Shown piece by piece: positions 1 through 9,145 of a stretch of DNA of 64,000 nucleotides. The position numbers were made by a program, and so were the translations under genes. Origin of the DNA: Oscillospiraceae bacterium (lineage in GTDB: Bacteria > Bacillota > Clostridia > Oscillospirales > Ruminococcaceae); contig SVNA01000008.1 in the NCBI GenBank assembly GCA_015067145.1, forward strand, positions 1,601 through 65,600, written 5' to 3'. Under the pieces are notes generated by a model, which ran no database searches, was not told the origin of the DNA, and worked only from the letters and a program-made list of their open reading frames with translations. How positions within the stretch are numbered: position 1 is the first letter of the stretch; each line of letters begins with the position of its first letter.

Positions 1-152
1 CACACAAAAAGATGAGCCTTGAAGAATGTCTTGAATTTTTGGCTCAGGACGAACTTGTTGAAGTTACACCAAAATCCCTGAGAATCAGAAAAGCAATTCT
101 TGACCACGCAGAAAGAGCAAGAATTATCTCCCGTGCCAAAAAAGGCAACTAA
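1..152 (+). CDS. typA: Translational GTPase TypA/BipA, C-terminal fragment (gene begins upstream of the window)
   Basis: The frame starting at nt 3 gives ...[46 protein letters not shown], which resembles the conserved BipA C-terminal tail. TAA at 150-152, followed by a terminator hairpin. Confidence 0.75.
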   Translation, partial: HKKMSLEECLEFLAQDELVEVTPKSLRIRKAILDHAERARIISRAKKGN

Positions 153-167
153 TATATAAAAAATACC

Positions 168-199
168 GGCGATGTGAAAAATCACATCGCCGTTTTTTA
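168..199. terminator. Bidirectional intrinsic terminator between typA (+) and the histidine kinase gene (-)
   Basis: GGCGATGTG (168-176) pairs with CACATCGCC (183-191). T-run follows on the plus strand and an A-run precedes, giving a T-run on the minus strand. Confidence 0.7.
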
Positions 200-1867
200 T
201 TTCCACTCTACTGGCAGTATCACTGTAAACTGTGAGCCTTTGCCAATTTCACTTTGCAGTTCCACTGTGCCGCCCATAGCGGTTACAATATGCTTTACAA
301 TGGAAAGGCCAAGACCTGTGCTGCTGATATTTTTGTTGCGGGATTTATCCACCACATAAAAGCGCTGGAATATTTTTTCCTGATGGTGCGGTGCAATGCC
401 GATGCCTGTATCCGCCACGGTGAAAACTGCATTTCTGCCGTCTGCACTATAACCCAGCTGTACATCCACGCTGCCGCCTGGCTTGTTGTATTTTATAGCG
501 TTGGAGATAAGGTTGCGGAACAGATCCCCCATCTGTTTGTAGTTGGCGGTGATTGTAACATCCGCTGCTGTATAGTTCAGCTGCAGCTGTTTTTCGTCTA
601 TAACAGGCTGCAGGTCCCGCACAATTTCGTCGGCAACAGCCCTGAGGTTAATCTCGGTCATATCGCCTGCCCCGTTTTCCTCAAGGGCGGAAATCTGCAT
701 TATATCCTCAATAAGTGTAAGCAGCTGCTGGGCATTTTTCTCGATTATCCCCGCAAAGCTGTTTACATCCTCCGGTTTTGCAATGCCGCTGGAGATAAGC
801 TGGCTGTAGCCGAGAATACTTGTCAGCGGGGTTTTAAGCTCGTGGGTTACATTGGCGGTGAACTGACGGCGCATCTTCTGGCTTTCCACCTGCTGTGTTA
901 TATCAAGGAAGATTATAATAGAACCTGTGATTTCGCCGTTCTGCACATTAGGGCTTATAGTATACTGATATGTCAGCTTGCCGTGGGGGAGAACACCGTT
1001 TGCCTTCTGACCTGTCAGCACCATATCCAGTGCATCGTTGAGGTTTTCGTCCCTTATAATCTCAAACAGTCTTGCACCTTCCGACACACCAAAGATATTT
1101 TTCGCCTGTTTGTTGTGCTGCACCACCATCTTTTTGCGGTCGCATACTATAATGCTTTCTGCCATATTGGAGAAAACACTCTGCAGCTTGTCCTTTTCTG
1201 CCGAGGTCTTCTGCCCCTGACGGATAAGATCCGCTTTCTGTGTTTCTATCTTGTCAATAAAGGGAGACAGCTCTTCAAAGCCCGAGTTGTCCTCTTTGTC
1301 AAAGTTGAAATTTTCTATTGTATTTACAATTTTTCGGGTGGTCTTGACGGACACTGCATATACCATTATAAGAATTGCCACCAGCACCAGCACTATTACA
1401 GGCAGGTTGGTAAGGATTGCGTCCATAAGAAAAGCACTGGTTTTTACCCCTACACGCACTATGCCCACACCATCGGTCATAATGGCAAAATAGTAGTTGT
1501 TGGTGCGGTCTGTATCGGAATATCTTTTTCCGCTGCCCTTGCCCTCTGCAACAGCCTTGGCGATTTCATCTCTTTCCAGATGGTTTTCCAGTGTCTGTTC
1601 ATCATGGGTGCTGTCATACAGCACCTGTCCGTCTGTTGCAATAAGGGTAACACGGTTTTTAAAACTTTCCTCAATATCTTTGAGTGCCTGTACAGGATTG
1701 TCTTTATTATTCTGCAGAATTTCCTTTATAACATAGGCCTGGTTTTCCGCCTGCACACTCATGGCAGATTCCATATAAGAGGAATATGTCATAATGCAGA
1801 CAACGGCAGTGAGAAACACTGCCGCCACACAGGTTATAAGGTTGTTTCGGATAATTTTGTTTTTCAT
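197..1867 (-). CDS. Two-component sensor histidine kinase (PhoR-like: two TM segments, PAS, HisKA, HATPase_c)
   Basis: 556 aa ORF. H-box FTANVTHELKTPLTSILGY, N/G boxes (NAIKYNKPGG, DTGIGI, GLGLSIVK), N-terminal TM segment plus a second TM around aa 155-175. 3 nt downstream of the response regulator stop. Confidence 0.9.
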   Translation of the reverse strand: MKNKIIRNNLITCVAAVFLTAVVCIMTYSSYMESAMSVQAENQAYVIKEILQNNKDNPVQALKDIEESFKNRVTLIATDGQVLYDSTHDEQTLENHLERDEIAKAVAEGKGSGKRYSDTDRTNNYYFAIMTDGVGIVRVGVKTSAFLMDAILTNLPVIVLVLVAILIMVYAVSVKTTRKIVNTIENFNFDKEDNSGFEELSPFIDKIETQKADLIRQGQKTSAEKDKLQSVFSNMAESIIVCDRKKMVVQHNKQAKNIFGVSEGARLFEIIRDENLNDALDMVLTGQKANGVLPHGKLTYQYTISPNVQNGEITGSIIIFLDITQQVESQKMRRQFTANVTHELKTPLTSILGYSQLISSGIAKPEDVNSFAGIIEKNAQQLLTLIEDIMQISALEENGAGDMTEINLRAVADEIVRDLQPVIDEKQLQLNYTAADVTITANYKQMGDLFRNLISNAIKYNKPGGSVDVQLGYSADGRNAVFTVADTGIGIAPHHQEKIFQRFYVVDKSRNKNISSTGLGLSIVKHIVTAMGGTVELQSEIGKGSQFTVILPVEWK

Positions 1868-1870
1868 ACT

Positions 1871-2554
1871 CTATTTCACTGCATCTTCCATTTTATAGCC
1901 TACACCGCGGATGGTTACAATGGCATCCCCCATTATGCCAAGCTTGTGGCGGAGGGTTTTTATATGCATATCAACCGTGCGGCTTTCGCCAACATAGCTT
2001 TCGCCCCATACAGCATCCATTATATGTTCACGGCTGAACACCTTATGGGGATTTTCCATAAACAGCTTGAGAAGATAGTATTCCTTGAGGGTAAATTCTG
2101 TCTGTTTCCCATCCACCGTTACGGTGTGGCGTTCCTTGTCCATAACGATATTGCCGAAAACCAGCTTGTCCTGTGTCTTTTCCTTTTTCTCGCAGCGGCG
2201 CAATACAGCTTTTACGCGGGATACCATCTCCAGTATGCCGAAAGGCTTGGTGATATAGTCCTCTGCCCCTGAATCCAATGCTTTTACAATGTCAATCTCG
2301 CTGTTTTTGGCTGTGAGCATAATAACAGGAATATCACTGAGAGCTTTATCGTTCTTTATATTTTTCAGTATGGTTATACCGTCTGTGTCGGGCAGCATGA
2401 CATCCAGCATAACAAGGTCGGGACGGTCGGTTTTTATCTTTTCTTCAAACTGACTGTAGCTGCCGAAGCCAACAGCCTCAAAGCCCTGACTTGTCAGTGC
2501 GTATGTTATAAGGTTGTTTATATTTTCATCGTCTTCTATACACCAGATTTTCAA
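1871..2554 (-). CDS. OmpR/PhoB-family response regulator
   Basis: Receiver domain (IEDDENI..., MLDVMLPDTDG, LTAK) plus winged-helix output (TVDMHIKTLRHKL, RGVGYK). I place the start at TTG 2554 (MKIWCIEDD), 8 nt after a GAGG RBS. The longer track ORF (to 2656) adds an unlikely N-terminal extension. Confidence 0.9.
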   Translation of the reverse strand: MKIWCIEDDENINNLITYALTSQGFEAVGFGSYSQFEEKIKTDRPDLVMLDVMLPDTDGITILKNIKNDKALSDIPVIMLTAKNSEIDIVKALDSGAEDYITKPFGILEMVSRVKAVLRRCEKKEKTQDKLVFGNIVMDKERHTVTVDGKQTEFTLKEYYLLKLFMENPHKVFSREHIMDAVWGESYVGESRTVDMHIKTLRHKLGIMGDAIVTIRGVGYKMEDAVK

Positions 2555-2641
2555 AACATTTACCTCGTTGAAATTCAGATTTATATTAACATAAGTATAC
2601 AATAAATTATTGCTTTTGTGTAGTATTGCAGACAATTCTTC

Positions 2642-2681
2642 AAAGAAAAAACACACCTCTTAAACCATTCAGAAGTGTGTT
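2642..2681 (-). terminator. Intrinsic terminator after trmK
   Basis: ACACACCTC (2651-2659) pairs with GAAGTGTGT (2672-2680) with one mismatch. The A-run at 2642-2650 gives a T-tract on the minus strand. Confidence 0.6.
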
Positions 2682-2696
2682 CAGTATTAAACAATA

Positions 2697-3389
2697 TTAT
2701 TCGGCCTTTTCTATAAGCTGTTTTGTCTTTTCGATAGCATCCAGGATATCCTGCGGGCAGGAACCTGTGTCTATCATAAGGCCTTTCGCCTTTTTGCCAA
2801 GGCGGGTGAGCACCATTTCAAAATAGCCTTTTGCGTTTTCACCGCTGCAGCTTTCGCTTTTGCCGATATAGCAGTCGTATGCATCGCATTCCCTTACATT
2901 TCCGCTGTACACAGCAGTGATTGCACTGTAGAACTTTTTGTTTTCGCCAACGGTGTGTTCTGATGTTATATCAAAGCCATGGGTGTAGAGATAATGTCTT
3001 ATCTTGTCACCGCTCTGGGCAGGCAGCAGTACCAGCTGCACCCTGTTTTCCTTTATAAAAGGTGCATTTTCGATAATCTGTGCCATTGTATCGCCGCCGA
3101 GACCGCATATAACCACGTGGGTTATGTCATCGGTATCGCCGATATTCTGCAGACCGTCGGTGAGGTGGAATTCTGCTTTGTCACTTACGCTGTTTTCAGC
3201 GAAAAGGTCGATGGCTTTCTGCAAAGGCATTCTGTTGATATCGGTGGCAATAACACGTTCTGCACGGCCGCTTTTGACAAGATAAAGGCTCAGCTTGCCG
3301 TGGTCGCAGCCTACATCGCAGACGGTTTTACCATTACAGACAAGACTGGCAGCCGTCAGCAAACGGCTGCCTATGTTCTCGTATTTCAT
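2697..3389 (-). CDS. trmK: tRNA (adenine22-N1)-methyltransferase TrmK
   Basis: 230 aa. N-terminal SRLLTAASLV...VCDVGCDHGKLSLYLV...ATDIN SAM-binding pattern, typical of TrmK/YqfN. Confidence 0.85.
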   Translation of the reverse strand: MKYENIGSRLLTAASLVCNGKTVCDVGCDHGKLSLYLVKSGRAERVIATDINRMPLQKAIDLFAENSVSDKAEFHLTDGLQNIGDTDDITHVVICGLGGDTMAQIIENAPFIKENRVQLVLLPAQSGDKIRHYLYTHGFDITSEHTVGENKKFYSAITAVYSGNVRECDAYDCYIGKSESCSGENAKGYFEMVLTRLGKKAKGLMIDTGSCPQDILDAIEKTKQLIEKAE

Positions 3390-3392
3390 TAA

Positions 3393-3590
3393 TTAGTTAC
3401 CGAAGTGAGCGTTGAGTTTTGCTACGAGTTCGTCAGCGTTTGTGCCGTGAGCGTAGCAAGCCTGTTCGATGTTTTCGCCGCGTGCGGATGGGCAGCCGAG
3501 GCAGTGCATGCCGATTTCGAGGAAGTATTTGCCTGTCATTGGGTCTGCATCAAGGATTGCGCCGATATTTGTCTGTTTTGTTACTACCAT
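3393..3590 (-). CDS. DUF1858 small redox-disulfide domain protein (hybrid-cluster-protein-associated type)
   Basis: 65 aa. IGAILDADP...FLEIGMHCLGCPSARGENIEQAC pattern with a CxxC pair. Confidence 0.75.
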   Translation of the reverse strand: MVVTKQTNIGAILDADPMTGKYFLEIGMHCLGCPSARGENIEQACYAHGTNADELVAKLNAHFGN

Positions 3591-3671
3591 TGGTATAATC
3601 TCCTTTTCTTTTACTTTATGATTTAAGTTTACTACTTAAGTGTGTTTATTGCAAGTGACTAAATCACTTTA

Positions 3672-4043
3672 CTAATCGTGTTTGCAGCCGGAGAAGATAA
3701 CAGTTGTTTTCATTCTGTCAGGCTGGTCACCAAAGAAGATGCGTTTGTATTCAGCAAACGGTTCGTGATCCATATTGAAGCTGAAATATTCCGCACCTCG
3801 TGCTTCGCCGTAAGCGATGCTTGCACGGATGATGCCGTCAAGGTACTGACCACTGAATTTTCCGTCTGGTGTTTTGCTGTCCAGCATAATTGTTGTATTG
3901 TCTTCGATTTTGAAAAGTGTATAGCCGAACAGGTCTCCGCCGTCAGAAAGAACGTAGCCGTAGATATCGCCCTCGAATCTGCCGTTGTTGAGAAGTTCGA
4001 TTACATCATATTCATCGATTGGTTTCATTGTAAACATGCCCAT
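3672..4043 (-). CDS. Hypothetical protein, 123 aa, family not recognised
   Basis: Start chosen at ATG 4043 (MGMFTMKPID...), 8 nt after an AAGAGGA RBS and just after the rluB stop. The track's longer ORF would overlap rluB. Confidence 0.6.
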   Translation of the reverse strand: MGMFTMKPIDEYDVIELLNNGRFEGDIYGYVLSDGGDLFGYTLFKIEDNTTIMLDSKTPDGKFSGQYLDGIIRASIAYGEARGAEYFSFNMDHEPFAEYKRIFFGDQPDRMKTTVIFSGCKHD

Positions 4044-4047
4044 GGTA

Positions 4048-4815
4048 TTAATCCTCTTTTTCTGCCTGTCTCTGTGTTCTTTTTGCCTTGGATGCAGCTG
4101 CCTTGAGTGCATTGATTTCGCTTGGTTTAAGCTCACGGTATTTGCCCGGTGCCAGCATACCGAGCTTTACAGGGCCGATTGCGTTGCGGCGAAGACGTGC
4201 TACTTCAAGACCAACTGCAGCACACATACGGCGAACCTGACGGTTTTTGCCCTCTTTGATGGAAATTTCCAGTACGGAACGGTTTTCCTCCTGTGTTACA
4301 ACGCGCACAATTGCAGGCAGTGTTTTTGTGCCGTCGTCAAGGTATACACCGTTTGCAAGGGCGATAAGCTGTTCTTCTGTAACTGTAGGTCTTACTGTTA
4401 CACGGTAGAGCTTGGACACCTGATGGGATGGGTGTGTAAGCTGGTTTGCAAAGTTGCCGTCGTTTGTAAAGAGAAGCAGGCCTTCACTGTCCTTGTCAAG
4501 ACGTCCCACAGGGTAAACACGGGCAGGTGTGTCGCTGATAAGCTCCAGCACTGTTTTTCTGCCGCGGTCATCCTTGCTTGTTGTGATGTATCCGCGTGGT
4601 TTGTTGAGCATATAGTAGTAATATTCTTTTTTGCGGTCAAAAAATACACGCTGACCGTCTACCGAAAGGATATCTGCCTTGATATCCATTTTATCGCCAA
4701 GCTGAACAGGGCGGCCGTTGAGTTTTACTCTGCCTTCGAGGATAATCTGCTCTGCCTGACGGCGGCTGCACATACCCTGGTCTGCCATTGCTTTCTGAAT
4801 TCTTGTATCTCTCAT
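4048..4815 (-). CDS. rluB: 23S rRNA pseudouridine synthase, RluB/RsuA family
   Basis: S4 domain (RIQKAMADQGMCSRRQAEQIILEGRVKLNG), catalytic GRLDKDSEGLLL motif, Lys/Arg-rich C-terminal tail. Confidence 0.9.
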   Translation of the reverse strand: MRDTRIQKAMADQGMCSRRQAEQIILEGRVKLNGRPVQLGDKMDIKADILSVDGQRVFFDRKKEYYYYMLNKPRGYITTSKDDRGRKTVLELISDTPARVYPVGRLDKDSEGLLLFTNDGNFANQLTHPSHQVSKLYRVTVRPTVTEEQLIALANGVYLDDGTKTLPAIVRVVTQEENRSVLEISIKEGKNRQVRRMCAAVGLEVARLRRNAIGPVKLGMLAPGKYRELKPSEINALKAAASKAKRTQRQAEKED

Positions 4816-4844
4816 TCTTTTCTCCGTTAAATATACTGTGGGGA

Positions 4845-5315
4845 TTAGTTTGTTTCTTCGATAATCACTGAATCCGCTGTGATATCGCTGATATCGCTTA
4901 CTTCATCTGCAAATTCAATATCTGTTCTTACTGCCGTATCCTTTTTGCCTGTCTTTTTAGCCACAAAACCTTCGATGCGGTCGATAACCTCAGGCATCAT
5001 ATTGATGAGACGGTCGATTGTTGCACCGCCCTCTGCAAGCTGCATAAGCTTTACACTGCCCTCTCTGATAACAAGGAAGCCAACAGGTGTCACACTGCCG
5101 CCTGCACTTGCCGCACCACCGAACAGGTCTTTCTGTGTTTTTGTGGCAAAATCTGTACCGCCGGAAACAAAGCCGAAGGATATTTTTGATATTGGCAGGA
5201 TGGTTGTACCATCCTGTGTGTGAATAGGGCTGCCGATTACTGTGTTGGAATCAACAAGGTCTCTGATTTTTTCAAGAGAGGAAGCCATAATTTCCTGTAC
5301 TGGTTTTTCAGCCAT
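4845..5315 (-). CDS. ytfJ: Sporulation protein YtfJ (GerW family)
   Basis: 156 aa. TILPISKISFGFVSGG...GGGSVTPVGFLVI pattern typical of YtfJ/GerW. Confidence 0.85.
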   Translation of the reverse strand: MAEKPVQEIMASSLEKIRDLVDSNTVIGSPIHTQDGTTILPISKISFGFVSGGTDFATKTQKDLFGGAASAGGSVTPVGFLVIREGSVKLMQLAEGGATIDRLINMMPEVIDRIEGFVAKKTGKKDTAVRTDIEFADEVSDISDITADSVIIEETN

Positions 5316-5318
5316 AGT

Positions 5319-5972
5319 TTATTTCTCCTTTACGGGTTTGTTTTTGGTAAGTTTTCTGTAGGTTTTAAAAAGATACCAGCCTGTCATTAATATTATACTA
5401 GGACTTGCCTGTATTTTACAATAAAAATAAAGACTGGCATCATAAAGATTGGCAAAATCCGCAATAAATACAGGGCTTTTATAGAAGATTTTGACATATT
5501 TCTGCAAAAATATATTCAAGCTGTAAAAGCTGTTGGTGATAAGACCGTACTGCTGCTGTGTCCTTTGTGCATCGCCGCTGTAAATTGGCACTGTAAAGGA
5601 CACATCCTTTATATATATTCCCTTTAAAAGAATTGCCATAACACCCTTAACCGCGGACAGCACTTCCTTTACAAGTTCCATGCCTTTTGGCAGATTTTCT
5701 GTCAGCCGGGATACAGGGCTTTTCTTTTTTTGTGCTGTCTGCTGTGTGTTATGTGGTTTTTCTGTTTTCTCTTTTTTCTGTTTTTCCTTTTTCCTAAAAG
5801 GCAGGTTTAAAGGATAAACCTTTATTTTAAAGAGAAAAACACGCACCTTTACGGTGAGGTCGTGGACCTTGGAATATTCCACAAAAACACTGCGGGGCAC
5901 AACAATCACCCACACCAGCAGCACAATCATTGCCAGCAGAACCCAGCCGATGACTGCAAGTACTTTAAGCAT
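5319..5972 (-). CDS. DUF2953 (YtfI-like) sporulation-associated membrane protein
   Basis: 217 aa. N-terminal TM, Lys/Glu-rich linker. Sits directly upstream of ytfJ, as in other spore formers. Confidence 0.7.
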   Translation of the reverse strand: MLKVLAVIGWVLLAMIVLLVWVIVVPRSVFVEYSKVHDLTVKVRVFLFKIKVYPLNLPFRKKEKQKKEKTEKPHNTQQTAQKKKSPVSRLTENLPKGMELVKEVLSAVKGVMAILLKGIYIKDVSFTVPIYSGDAQRTQQQYGLITNSFYSLNIFLQKYVKIFYKSPVFIADFANLYDASLYFYCKIQASPSIILMTGWYLFKTYRKLTKNKPVKEK

Positions 5973-6528
5973 CTTCGCTTTCCTCTAAATCAAGCTGATA
6001 GTTTTCGTTTAAAGGCATATTGCTTTTGATCTTCGGCAGCTGTTCCAGACCTTCCAGAGAGAAGCTTCGCAGAAACACCTGTGTTGTGCGGTAGCTGATT
6101 GGTTTGCCCGGAATATCCAGTCTGCCCGCTTCTTCGATGAGGTTGCGGTTTAAAAGTGTCTGCACGCTGCTGGTGGAATCCACGCCACGTACCTGTTCGA
6201 TGAATGCACGGGAAACAGGCTGGTTGTATGCGATGATAGCCAGTGTTTCCATAGCTGCATTGGACAGTGGGGAATTTCTTTTCTGGCTGAGTGCCTTGTA
6301 AACATAGTCAGAATATTCTGAATCTGTTGTAAAGAACACTGCCTCGGTGTTTTTTACAAATCTGATACCGCTTCCGGGGCGGTTGTATCTTTCGCTGAGG
6401 GTTTCCAGGATATACTGCAGCTGTTTTAAATCCAGCTCCAGCACCTCCTTTAATTTCTGTGTGCTTATGCCGTCACCGCTGGCAAAGATTACCGCTTCAG
6501 CAGCACACAAGTTCTGTTCCATTGTCAT
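5965..6528 (-). CDS. scpB: Segregation and condensation protein B
   Basis: 187 aa. EAVIFASGDG..., LSNAAMETLAIIAYNQPVSRAFIEQVRGV motif. 8 nt overlap with the downstream gene. Confidence 0.92.
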   Translation of the reverse strand: MTMEQNLCAAEAVIFASGDGISTQKLKEVLELDLKQLQYILETLSERYNRPGSGIRFVKNTEAVFFTTDSEYSDYVYKALSQKRNSPLSNAAMETLAIIAYNQPVSRAFIEQVRGVDSTSSVQTLLNRNLIEEAGRLDIPGKPISYRTTQVFLRSFSLEGLEQLPKIKSNMPLNENYQLDLEESEDA

Positions 6529-6534
6529 AGTATA

Positions 6535-7236
6535 TTATCTCCTGCGTTGTTGTGAAAGCACCATATTTTCATCTTCATCGATGGAAATGCGGTGGGCACG
6601 GATGAGCTCCAGAATGGCCATAAAGGTTGCGATGGCATCGCTTTTGCCCTTTGCTGCATCAAAGGCAGACTGCAGGGACTGGATTCTGTTCTTCATAAGA
6701 TTTTTCAGCACACTGAAAATCTTTGTCTGCACCGAAACGATAGGGGCGGACACGATAGGCTCGAACTTTTCCTTTTTAGGCGGAGCCCGGCGGATGGATT
6801 TGTCGTCCAGCACCTCGTAGGCTTTTACAAGGTCGGAAACAGGATGGATTATATCGTAGGTCCAGTCCTCCTCAATCTCCTGCGGCCCACGTACAAAAAG
6901 ATTGTCGCCGATGAAGATTTTCCGCAGATTTTCTGCCGCAAGCTTTGCCTGGCTGTACTCGATAAGCTGTCCCTGAAGTTCAGCCTTCAGCTTTTCACCC
7001 TCATCGTCCTTAGGCAGCAGATAGACGCTTTTAAGGTACACAAGTCTTGCCGCCATATCGATAAAATCGCTGGCAATATCAAGATCCTGCACCTGTGCTG
7101 CATTGATTATCTCCAGATACTGATTGATGATGGTGATAATCTCAATGTCCAGAATATTCATTTTATGTTTGCTGATAAGGGTCAGCAACAAATCCAGCGG
7201 ACCTTCAAACTGGTCGATTTTAAAATTTAACTGCAT
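6535..7236 (-). CDS. scpA: Segregation and condensation protein A
   Basis: 233 aa. FEGPLDLLLTLISKHKMNILDIEI N-terminal kleisin motif. Directly upstream of scpB. Confidence 0.92.
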   Translation of the reverse strand: MQLNFKIDQFEGPLDLLLTLISKHKMNILDIEIITIINQYLEIINAAQVQDLDIASDFIDMAARLVYLKSVYLLPKDDEGEKLKAELQGQLIEYSQAKLAAENLRKIFIGDNLFVRGPQEIEEDWTYDIIHPVSDLVKAYEVLDDKSIRRAPPKKEKFEPIVSAPIVSVQTKIFSVLKNLMKNRIQSLQSAFDAAKGKSDAIATFMAILELIRAHRISIDEDENMVLSQQRRR

Positions 7237-7254
7237 CAGTTCACCTTTTGAGTT

Positions 7255-7911
7255 TTAAAGAATGATTGTTTTGCCGATGATATCCACAAAAAATGTCAGC
7301 TTGTCAACTGCATTGAAGATAAGACCGGAGAGGAAGCTGAGCGGCCAGTCCAGAATGCCTGTAAAGAGAACCACGAACAAAGCAAGGAAGATGTAGCGTT
7401 CGTATTCCATAATCTTGAAGTAGAATTTATCAGGCAGGAAATAGTTGAAGATTCTGGAGCCGTCAAATGGCGGTATGGGAATAAGGTTGAAGATTGCAAG
7501 TGAGATGTTGATAAAGCACATTGAGCGGAAGATTGTGAACAGTGTGGAAAGCACTGTGTTTGTGCCTGTGGCATAGCTGATGTACAAAAGCAGTTTTGCA
7601 GCTGCAAGGCTGATTGCCGCTACAATAATGTTGGAAATTGGGCCTGCTGCAGCAGAGATTGCCATACCTTTTTTCTGGTCCTTGAACTTGAGCGGGTTGA
7701 TCGGCACAGGTTTTGCCCAGCCGATGCCGAAAAGAATCATAGCGACAGAACCCATAAGGTCAAAGTGTGCCATAGGGTTTAATGTAAGGCGGCCCATATA
7801 TTTTGCTGTAGGGTCACCCAGTTTATCTGCAACATAAGCGTGTGCAGCTTCGTGTACAGGGATAGCTGTAAGAAGAACTATTGCGCGCACGATAATGTCA
7901 AAAAAGTCCAT
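7255..7911 (-). CDS. Site-2 protease family (peptidase M50) membrane metalloprotease
   Basis: 218 aa. HEAAHAYVA zinc motif (HExxH), multiple TM segments, NLIPIPPFDG motif. Confidence 0.85.
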   Translation of the reverse strand: MDFFDIIVRAIVLLTAIPVHEAAHAYVADKLGDPTAKYMGRLTLNPMAHFDLMGSVAMILFGIGWAKPVPINPLKFKDQKKGMAISAAAGPISNIIVAAISLAAAKLLLYISYATGTNTVLSTLFTIFRSMCFINISLAIFNLIPIPPFDGSRIFNYFLPDKFYFKIMEYERYIFLALFVVLFTGILDWPLSFLSGLIFNAVDKLTFFVDIIGKTIIL

Positions 7912-8118
7912 AGTTGTCTCCTTTTCATAAATGATTGTGACTAATATATTATTATACGTTTTTTTGCTGTCTTTTTCAAGTGCAGTATTTATGTATTATA
8001 AATAATATATATAAGTATTGTGATAATTTTTTTAAAATATTTCAAATTTATGCTTGCTATTCTTTAAAGTTTGTGATACACTATTTTAGCAACGAAAAAA
8101 GAAAATGCAATTTAGGTA

Positions 8119-8147
8119 TTGCATTTGTATAAAATTTGTGTTAAAAT
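8119..8147 (+). promoter_or_regulatory. Sigma-A type promoter of rpmB
   Basis: TTGCAT (8119-8124), 17 nt spacer, TAAAAT (8142-8147) preceded by a TGT extended -10. 35 nt upstream of the rpmB ATG. Confidence 0.6.
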
Positions 8148-8182
8148 GTCATAGTTGATTAAATTTTAGGAGGTGCAACAGA

Positions 8183-8371
8183 ATGGCAAAATGTGATTGT
8201 TGTGGTAAAGGTGTTACATTTGGTATCAAAGTGTCTCACTCTCATAGACGCTCAAACAGAGCTTGGAAACCAAACGTAAAAAGAGTTAAAGCTATCGTAG
8301 ACGGTTCTCCACGTTATATTCACGCTTGCACCAGATGTCTTCGCTCTGGTAAGGTAACAAGAGCTATCTAA
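8183..8371 (+). CDS. rpmB: 50S ribosomal protein L28
   Basis: 62 aa MAKCDCCGKGVTFGIKVSHSHRRSNRAWKPNVKRV..., AGGAGG RBS upstream. Confidence 0.95.
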   Translation: MAKCDCCGKGVTFGIKVSHSHRRSNRAWKPNVKRVKAIVDGSPRYIHACTRCLRSGKVTRAI

Positions 8372-8388
8372 TTACATTAAAAAATTAC

Positions 8389-8419
8389 AGCTGAGCTTTT
8401 ATGCTCAGCTTATTTTTTT
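8389..8419 (+). terminator. Intrinsic terminator after rpmB
   Basis: AGCTGAGC (8389-8396) pairs with GCTCAGCT (8403-8410), followed by TATTTTTTT. Confidence 0.8.
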
Positions 8420-8505
8420 ACCCACAGGGATAAATGTTGTTTATACACATAGTAAGTCAGATATTTTTCTCTCGTAAAGACATCCAAACCAAAGGAGGCG
8501 GTTGT

Positions 8506-9102
8506 GTGAACAGTAAAAAATTCAATATAAAGCACTATGCCCTGCTTCTGCTGGGTGCTGCAACACTTTCCTTTGGATTGTTCAACATCCACAGCCAGAG
8601 CAGCATCACCGAGGGCGGTGTGCTGGGCATGACACTGCTGATTGACCATTGGTTTGGTATAAGTCCGAGTGTAAGCGGCATTGTGCTTGATTTTACCTGT
8701 TATTTTATCGGATGGCGTATACTGGGCAACAGTTTTCTTAAAAACGCAATGTTTGCAAGCCTCAGTTTTTCTTGCTGCTACAGACTGTGGGAAAGCATGG
8801 GATATCTTATCCCCAATCTTTCACAGCATCAGTTTGCTGCCGCTGTGCTGGGGGCTTTGTTTGTAGGTGTCGGTGTGGGACTTGTTGTCCGTGAAGGCGG
8901 TGCGTCGGGCGGTGACGATGCTTTAGCTCTGGTTATTTCAAAATTTGCAAAGTGCCGTATATCAAAAGCATATCTTGCCACCGATCTGACGGTGCTGTGC
9001 TTATCTTTGAGCTATATTCCTTTCGGCAAAATATTCTATTCCCTTATAACAGTGACTGTATCTTCGCTGATAATTGACAGGATACAAAATATCAGACAAT
9101 AA
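8506..9102 (+). CDS. YitT-family (DUF161 repeat) integral membrane protein
   Basis: GTG start at 8506, 7 nt after AGGAGG. About 5-6 TM segments, GGASGGDDALALVISK motif typical of YitT-type proteins, no C-terminal DUF2179. Confidence 0.7.
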   Translation: MNSKKFNIKHYALLLLGAATLSFGLFNIHSQSSITEGGVLGMTLLIDHWFGISPSVSGIVLDFTCYFIGWRILGNSFLKNAMFASLSFSCCYRLWESMGYLIPNLSQHQFAAAVLGALFVGVGVGLVVREGGASGGDDALALVISKFAKCRISKAYLATDLTVLCLSLSYIPFGKIFYSLITVTVSSLIIDRIQNIRQ

Positions 9103-9140
9103 AAAACAAAACTTCCGGTATTCAGCCGGAAGTTTTTTAT
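9101..9140. terminator. Bidirectional intrinsic terminator between convergent genes
   Basis: AACTTCCGG (9110-9118) pairs with CCGGAAGTT (9126-9134), flanked by an A-run upstream and a T-run downstream. Confidence 0.8.
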
Positions 9141-9145
9141 TGTTT

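Noticed and set aside
254-2272. Very long antisense ORFs opposite real genes. Examples: 672 aa opposite the kinase/regulator pair, 665 aa at 30473-32470 opposite leuS, 403 aa at 21490-22701 opposite pgi, 385 aa at 10980-12137 opposite glyQS, 371 aa at 46954-48069, 364 aa at 43731-44825, 314 aa at 42697-43641.
   Set aside because: Their translations are Cys/Phe/Val/His-rich with no motifs or RBS. In every case the opposite strand encodes an unmistakable conserved protein. Open antisense frames are the expected by-product of codon usage that avoids TTA/CTA/TCA in the sense genes.
1871-2656. N-terminal extensions in the ORF track. They affect the response regulator, infC to 50335, hup to 61281, hpf to 59183, rdgB to 36443, the LCP gene to 34201, mazG to 62050, divIC to 59832, yabO to 60866, dacB to 24506, and 3672-4136.
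   Set aside because: Each has an internal start with a well-spaced Shine-Dalgarno sequence that coincides with the conserved protein N-terminus. The extensions overlap upstream genes, terminators or promoters.
7931-8005. 24-codon hydrophobic mini-ORF (MIVTNILLYVFLLSFSSAVFMYYK) in the AT-rich spacer upstream of rpmB
   Set aside because: It has no Shine-Dalgarno sequence. It lies in AT-rich promoter DNA, where such ORFs arise by chance.
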